The notes beneath the pieces are model-generated. The model was given only the letters and a program-made list of their open reading frames with translations, searched no databases and had not been told where the DNA came from. Positions 59,506 through 64,000 of a DNA stretch of 64,000 bases are shown in pieces (the first letter of the stretch is position 1; the number at the start of each line of letters is the position of its first letter). The DNA comes from an uncultured Acidobacteriota bacterium (lineage in GTDB: Bacteria > Acidobacteriota > Thermoanaerobaculia > Multivoradales > UBA5704), in contig CAVYRF010000001.1 of NCBI GenBank assembly GCA_963770895.1, positions 1,696,001 to 1,760,000 of the forward strand, in the 5' to 3' direction. Made by a program: the position numbers and the translations under genes.

Positions 59506-61431
59506 ATGCGCACTGCATCGCAACGCCGGTCGCTTGGCCCGGCTGCCCTGGCCGTGGTGGCGGCGCTCGCCGCTTCCGGTCCGGGTCTGCGGGGACCGCT
59601 GTGGAGCCAGAGCCCGGTGATCACGCCCCAGGTGAGCATCGACCAGGACCAGCTGCAAGCCGGCAAGTACCCGCTGGCGAAGGTGCTCGAATCGGGCGGC
59701 CAGTTCTTCAGCACGCCGTTCCTGCCCTACGACGCGGCCACCAACAGCGGCGACGGCTACGGCGAGGGCAAGTACGGACCGCGCACCCTACAACGAAAAG
59801 CTTTCTATCCTCCCGCCTGGCCCGACTATCACTTCCTGCGCCTCAACGGCCTGGATTCCCAGAGCTGCTTCGAATGCCATAACTCGATCGGCAGCTACGT
59901 GCCGCCCGGCAGCAGCGCCTTAATCCGCAAGCCCGGCACCGTCGCCGGCTCGGCGGGTTCCAACAGCAACGCCTTCATCAACTCGAAGTTTCCGAATCCG
60001 CTCACGTTTCTCATCCGCCAGCCGCCGCACGTCTTCGGCAGCGGCTACACGCAGACCCTGGCGAGCGAAATGACCGGCGACCTTGCCGCCGAGGTGGAAG
60101 CGGCCCGCGCCACCATCCAGGGGCATCCCGGCAAGTCGGTCAAGGTCAATCTCCAGTCCAAGGGCATGGCGTTCGGCACCTTCGTCACCACCTATACCGG
60201 CGGCGCCGCGCGCGTCGTCGGCTGCACCGAGGCGTGCCCCAACACCCAGCCCACTTACGGCGCCAAGGGTTTCACCGACAACGTCAAGGGTGTCACCGGC
60301 GTGGCCTGCGACCTGGTGGTGCGGCCCTTCCAATGGAAAGGCATTTCGTCCAGCATCCGCCACTTCGCGCGCGACGCCCTGGACTTCCACTTCAGCATGC
60401 AGGCGGTGGAGAAGTACGGCCACCTCGATTGCGACAAGGACGGCAAGATCGACGAGATGACCCTGGGCAACGTCTCGGCGCTGGTGTCCTTCGTCACCAT
60501 GACGCGCCCGCCCGACCAGGTCATCCCGGCGGACCAGAAGCACCAGGTGGAGCTGGGCCGCGACATCTTCATCGGCAAGAGCGCCGACACCGCGCTGCAA
60601 GCCAAGCTTTCGGGCCAGATGTGCGCCACCTGCCACATGCCGACCCTGACCGTCGACAAGGCGCAGCTCTTCATCGACAATCCGGGCATCGCCAACGTCA
60701 CCCAGAAGGACTGCAAGACGCTCGATGCCGGACTGGTGACGCCGCTCGCGTCGCACCAGCAGCTGGAAGCCTACCGTCTGATCCAGAAACCGCTGCGCGA
60801 CGCCCGCCAGGCGGCCGTCGCCAATGCCGACAGCCCGGCCCATGCCATGCTGGCGGCGCACGCGGAGGCCTCCTCGCCGGAGCTGATCAAGGCACTGAAG
60901 CAGGCCGCCGCCGCCCAGCCGGCGCCTCCCGGCTACACCATCGACCTGTCCCACCCCGGGCCGGGGCCGGTGCCCACCTTCTCCCTGCCGCGCCTGCCGG
61001 CGGAGGACGACGGCAAGGTGGCCGTGCCGCTGTTCAGCGACCTGCGCACGCACAACATGGGCATCCGCCTGCAGGACCGCGGCGCCCAGGGCGCGGACGT
61101 GGCCGACATCTGCATCCCGGCGCCGATCTTCCTCACCCGGCCGCTGTGGGGTGTCGCCGACACCGGTCCCTGGCTCCACGACGGCCGCGCCCTCACCCTG
61201 CGCGACGCCATCCTGATGCACGAAGGCAAAGGCAGCGAAGCCAACCCGGTGGTGGCGGCGTTCAAGCTGCTGACCCCCGCCGAGCAGCAGTCCGTGGTGG
61301 ATTTCCTGCTCACCCTCCATCTGCCGATCGAATCCGACCTGGTCCCCGGCAGGACCGCCGCCATGACCCCGGTCCCCGCCGCCCCGGCCGGCGCGGCCGG
61401 CGCGACCCTTGCCGCCCACGCCGCACCCTGA
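59506..61431 (+). CDS. Secreted di-heme c-type oxidoreductase (DHOR/thiol oxidoreductase-like)
   Basis: AAGGAGG RBS, signal peptide, CFECH and CATCH, FSDLRTHNMG, TRPLWG, WLHDGRA. Confidence 0.88.
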   Translation: MRTASQRRSLGPAALAVVAALAASGPGLRGPLWSQSPVITPQVSIDQDQLQAGKYPLAKVLESGGQFFSTPFLPYDAATNSGDGYGEGKYGPRTLQRKAFYPPAWPDYHFLRLNGLDSQSCFECHNSIGSYVPPGSSALIRKPGTVAGSAGSNSNAFINSKFPNPLTFLIRQPPHVFGSGYTQTLASEMTGDLAAEVEAARATIQGHPGKSVKVNLQSKGMAFGTFVTTYTGGAARVVGCTEACPNTQPTYGAKGFTDNVKGVTGVACDLVVRPFQWKGISSSIRHFARDALDFHFSMQAVEKYGHLDCDKDGKIDEMTLGNVSALVSFVTMTRPPDQVIPADQKHQVELGRDIFIGKSADTALQAKLSGQMCATCHMPTLTVDKAQLFIDNPGIANVTQKDCKTLDAGLVTPLASHQQLEAYRLIQKPLRDARQAAVANADSPAHAMLAAHAEASSPELIKALKQAAAAQPAPPGYTIDLSHPGPGPVPTFSLPRLPAEDDGKVAVPLFSDLRTHNMGIRLQDRGAQGADVADICIPAPIFLTRPLWGVADTGPWLHDGRALTLRDAILMHEGKGSEANPVVAAFKLLTPAEQQSVVDFLLTLHLPIESDLVPGRTAAMTPVPAAPAGAAGATLAAHAAP

Positions 61432-61501
61432 CCCTCGCTGGTGACCCACCCACCCGTCGCCGGGCAGCGATCGCTGCCCGGCGGCGGGTCCGCCGGAGGC
61501 G

Positions 61502-62884
61502 TCACAGGTAGCTCAGCCAGCGGGCGTCGCCGCGCCGTTTCACCCCCGCGTACCAGCGGCAGAGCGGGTAGAGGGAAAGCACGACGGCGATCCAGATCAG
61601 GTAGACGATCGGCAGATCGAAGCCCCAGCCGGGCGGCGTAGTGAACGGGAAGCGGTCGCGGCTCGGCGACTGGAACATCCAGTGCGCATCGCCGTACCGG
61701 ATCAGGCAGACGGCGGCGGCGGCCAGGTGGATCAAGGGCATGTGCACCAGGTAGTAGAACAGCGGCACGCGGCCGAACACCAACGCCGGCTGCAGCGGGC
61801 GCCCGTCTCGCGGGGGTCGCCCGGCTTGCGCGGCTGATCTGGCGTGCGCGGCTGACCCGGCGTGCCCGGCCGGCCCGGCTCCCGCGGCTGCCCCGGCTCG
61901 CGCCGCTGCCTCGGCTCCCGCGGCCGGCCCGGCTCCCGCGGTTGGCCCGGCTCCCACGGTTGGCGAGGGCGCCGCCGGCCGGCGCTCCAGCGCCGCCAGC
62001 AGCAGCAGGATCGGCCCCAGGGTCATCAGCAGGAACAGCAGCGACGGCGGGTACTTGACGGTGCTCAGAAACGACATCGCCGTGCGCAGCGCCGAAGCCT
62101 GGCGCGACCAGCGCAAGGGGTCGCCGTACAGGTTGAGCGCCCGCAGCGCCACGAAGCCGGCGCAGCACCCGGTGCCGAGCCGTGCCAGCAACGCCCGGCG
62201 CCGTCCCTCCGGCCAGGCGTACGTCCGGCCCAGCACCCAGCCCGCGGCCGTGACCGCGATCCAGGGGACCAGCGGATAGCCCACCAGCACCGTCACCCGC
62301 GGCGTCGCCAGCAGCACGCCGGGCACGTGCAGGATCGACCACAGCGGCGCCAGGGCGCCGAACGCCGCCGGCGCCACCCCATCGAACGCGTTGTGCGCCG
62401 CGATCGTCACCACCGCGAACGCCAGGATGGCCCCGTCCGGCAGGTGGATCAAGCCGGCCAGCACGATCATCGCCCAGCCCAGCGCCCAAAGCACGATCAG
62501 CATCGTCACGCGATAGTCGACGTTGAACTGCAGCCCGAAGCAGCGCACCACGAACACGTCCAGCACCAGCAGCCACACCCCGCGCGCCGCCAGAAACCGC
62601 GACAGCTGCGCCTTTGACTTCTGCCGCAGACCCAGGCGGGCGCCCACCCCCGTCAACAGAAAGAACCCGGGCGCGCAAACGTGCGTCACCCAGCGCGTCA
62701 GGAACAGCCCGGCGCCGGCATGCGCCACGTCCAGCGGATTGGCTCCGGGCTGGCCGAAAAAGTCGCGCACGTGGTCCAAGGCCATCAAGATCATGATTAC
62801 GCCGCGCACCGCGTCGATCGAATCCAGGCGGGGAAGGGGAGCGCGCGGCACGTCCAGCGCCCCCGCGGTCGGCAAGCTCGTCAA
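61502..62884 (-). CDS. DUF1624/HGSNAT-like membrane acyltransferase with internal repeat insertion
   Basis: RLDSIDAVRG..MALDH, TRWVTHVCAP, YPLVPW, KYPPSL, FGRVPLFYY; 18-bp repeats at ~61810-61970. Confidence 0.9.
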   Translation of the reverse strand: MTSLPTAGALDVPRAPLPRLDSIDAVRGVIMILMALDHVRDFFGQPGANPLDVAHAGAGLFLTRWVTHVCAPGFFLLTGVGARLGLRQKSKAQLSRFLAARGVWLLVLDVFVVRCFGLQFNVDYRVTMLIVLWALGWAMIVLAGLIHLPDGAILAFAVVTIAAHNAFDGVAPAAFGALAPLWSILHVPGVLLATPRVTVLVGYPLVPWIAVTAAGWVLGRTYAWPEGRRRALLARLGTGCCAGFVALRALNLYGDPLRWSRQASALRTAMSFLSTVKYPPSLLFLLMTLGPILLLLAALERRPAAPSPTVGAGPTAGAGPAAGAEAAARAGAAAGAGPAGHAGSAAHARSAAQAGRPPRDGRPLQPALVFGRVPLFYYLVHMPLIHLAAAAVCLIRYGDAHWMFQSPSRDRFPFTTPPGWGFDLPIVYLIWIAVVLSLYPLCRWYAGVKRRGDARWLSYL

Positions 62885-63249
62885 GGCATCTCTCCTCTCC
62901 CGTTGGCATCCGGCTTCAGCCACCATCCTCGCTCCGCGTCCCCACCCCAGGCTATCCCGCCACCTTCCACCGCCGGGCCGCCGATCCGAAGGCCGCCGGA
63001 GGCACCCTTGCGCGCGGCGGCAGGAAGCCCGTCCGGCGAACGGCCGCCCGCGCCGCGGTAAGATCGCGGCGGCGGCGTTCGCAGCTTGCTGCTGACGCCC
63101 GCAATCCCTGACCGCGGCGGCTTTGCACAAAGGGCACCGGCTCGGGAGCGTGCCGGGCGCGCGGCAACAGCGACAAGCTCGGCCCGGTCAGGCGGGCAAC
63201 GCTGTCGCCGGCGCGCGACATGAAACGCGACACGAAAGGGGACGCGACG

Positions 63250-64000
63250 ATGGAATTTCGACAGCTGGGCGGCTCGGGTCTGAAGGTGCCCGCGCTGACC
63301 TTGGGTACCGGTACGTTTGGCGGCGGCGGCAAGCTGTTCGGCGCCTGGGGGGCGAGCGACGCGGCGGAGGCGACGCACCTGCTCGACGTCTGCCTGGACG
63401 CCGGCCTGAACATGTTCGATTCGGCGGACGTGTACTCCAACGGCATGGCCGAAGAGATCCTGGGCCAGGCGATCCGCGGCCGCCGCGACAAGGTGCTGAT
63501 TTCCACCAAGGGGACGTTCCGCACCGGCGAGGGGCCCAACGACGCCGGCTCCTCACGCCAACACCTGCCGCGGGCGGTGGACGCCAGCCTGCGGCGCCTC
63601 GGCACCGACTACATCGACCTGTACCAGCTGCACGGCTTCGACGCCCTGACCCCGGTCGAAGAGGTCCTCGCCACCTTGGGCGACCTGGTGCGCGCCGGCA
63701 AGATCCGCTACGTCGGCTGCTCCAACTTCTCCGGCTGGCACCTCATGAAGTCGCTGTCAGCGGCAGACCGCGGCGGACTGCCGCGCTACGTCGCCCACCA
63801 GGCCTATTACTCCCTGGTCGGGCGCGACTTCGAGTGGGAGCTGATGCCCCTGGCCCTGGACCAGAAGGTCGGCACGGTCGTCTGGAGCCCGCTCGGCTGG
63901 GGCCGGTTGACCGGCAAGGTGCGCCGCGGCCAGCCGCTTCCCGCCACCAGCCGCCTGCACAGCCAGGTTTCCAACGAAATCGGCCCGCCGGTGCCCGACG
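63250..64000 (+). CDS. Aldo/keto reductase (partial, runs off the window; absent from the ORF track)
   Basis: MEFRQLGGSGLKV, FDSADVYSNG, LISTK, SLRRLGTDYIDLYQLH, GKIRYVGCSN, WSPLG. Confidence 0.93.
   Translation, partial: MEFRQLGGSGLKVPALTLGTGTFGGGGKLFGAWGASDAAEATHLLDVCLDAGLNMFDSADVYSNGMAEEILGQAIRGRRDKVLISTKGTFRTGEGPNDAGSSRQHLPRAVDASLRRLGTDYIDLYQLHGFDALTPVEEVLATLGDLVRAGKIRYVGCSNFSGWHLMKSLSAADRGGLPRYVAHQAYYSLVGRDFEWELMPLALDQKVGTVVWSPLGWGRLTGKVRRGQPLPATSRLHSQVSNEIGPPVPD

Overview
Very GC-rich bacterial DNA. The gene repertoire (secreted proteins with a recurring 'WFF..N.E..VK..N.C...WVF' C-terminal domain, and a CHAT/ECF-sigma/anti-sigma cassette) suggests Acidobacteriota, possibly Thermoanaerobaculia; that is an inference. 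About 50 genes are supported, including pgi, a MacAB-TolC-type exporter, a TonB-dependent receptor, a multicopper oxidase-SCO operon, a sulfatase, and a ferritin-like/LodA-like/LodB-like/di-heme cluster. No rRNA, tRNA or CRISPR array is visible. Main observation: a putative transmembrane signalling cassette made of a secreted TPR-CHAT caspase-like protease, an ECF sigma factor and a membrane zinc anti-sigma. A motif GGTGAGAT-N13-GCGGCAG occurs three times around it, each time just upstream of a gene, and may define the sigma's promoter and regulon. The locus looks to be decaying (in-frame amber codon in the CHAT gene, truncated divergent target gene). Also notable: a family of 165-bp TA-flanked MITE-like elements with a shared core but different terminal inverted repeats, an M13 peptidase lacking its zinc motif, and a lower-GC Macro-like plus NDT/TIR-like gene. 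Most long overlapping ORFs in the track are antisense or alternate-frame shadows. All calls come from reading motifs by eye; no database searches were run.
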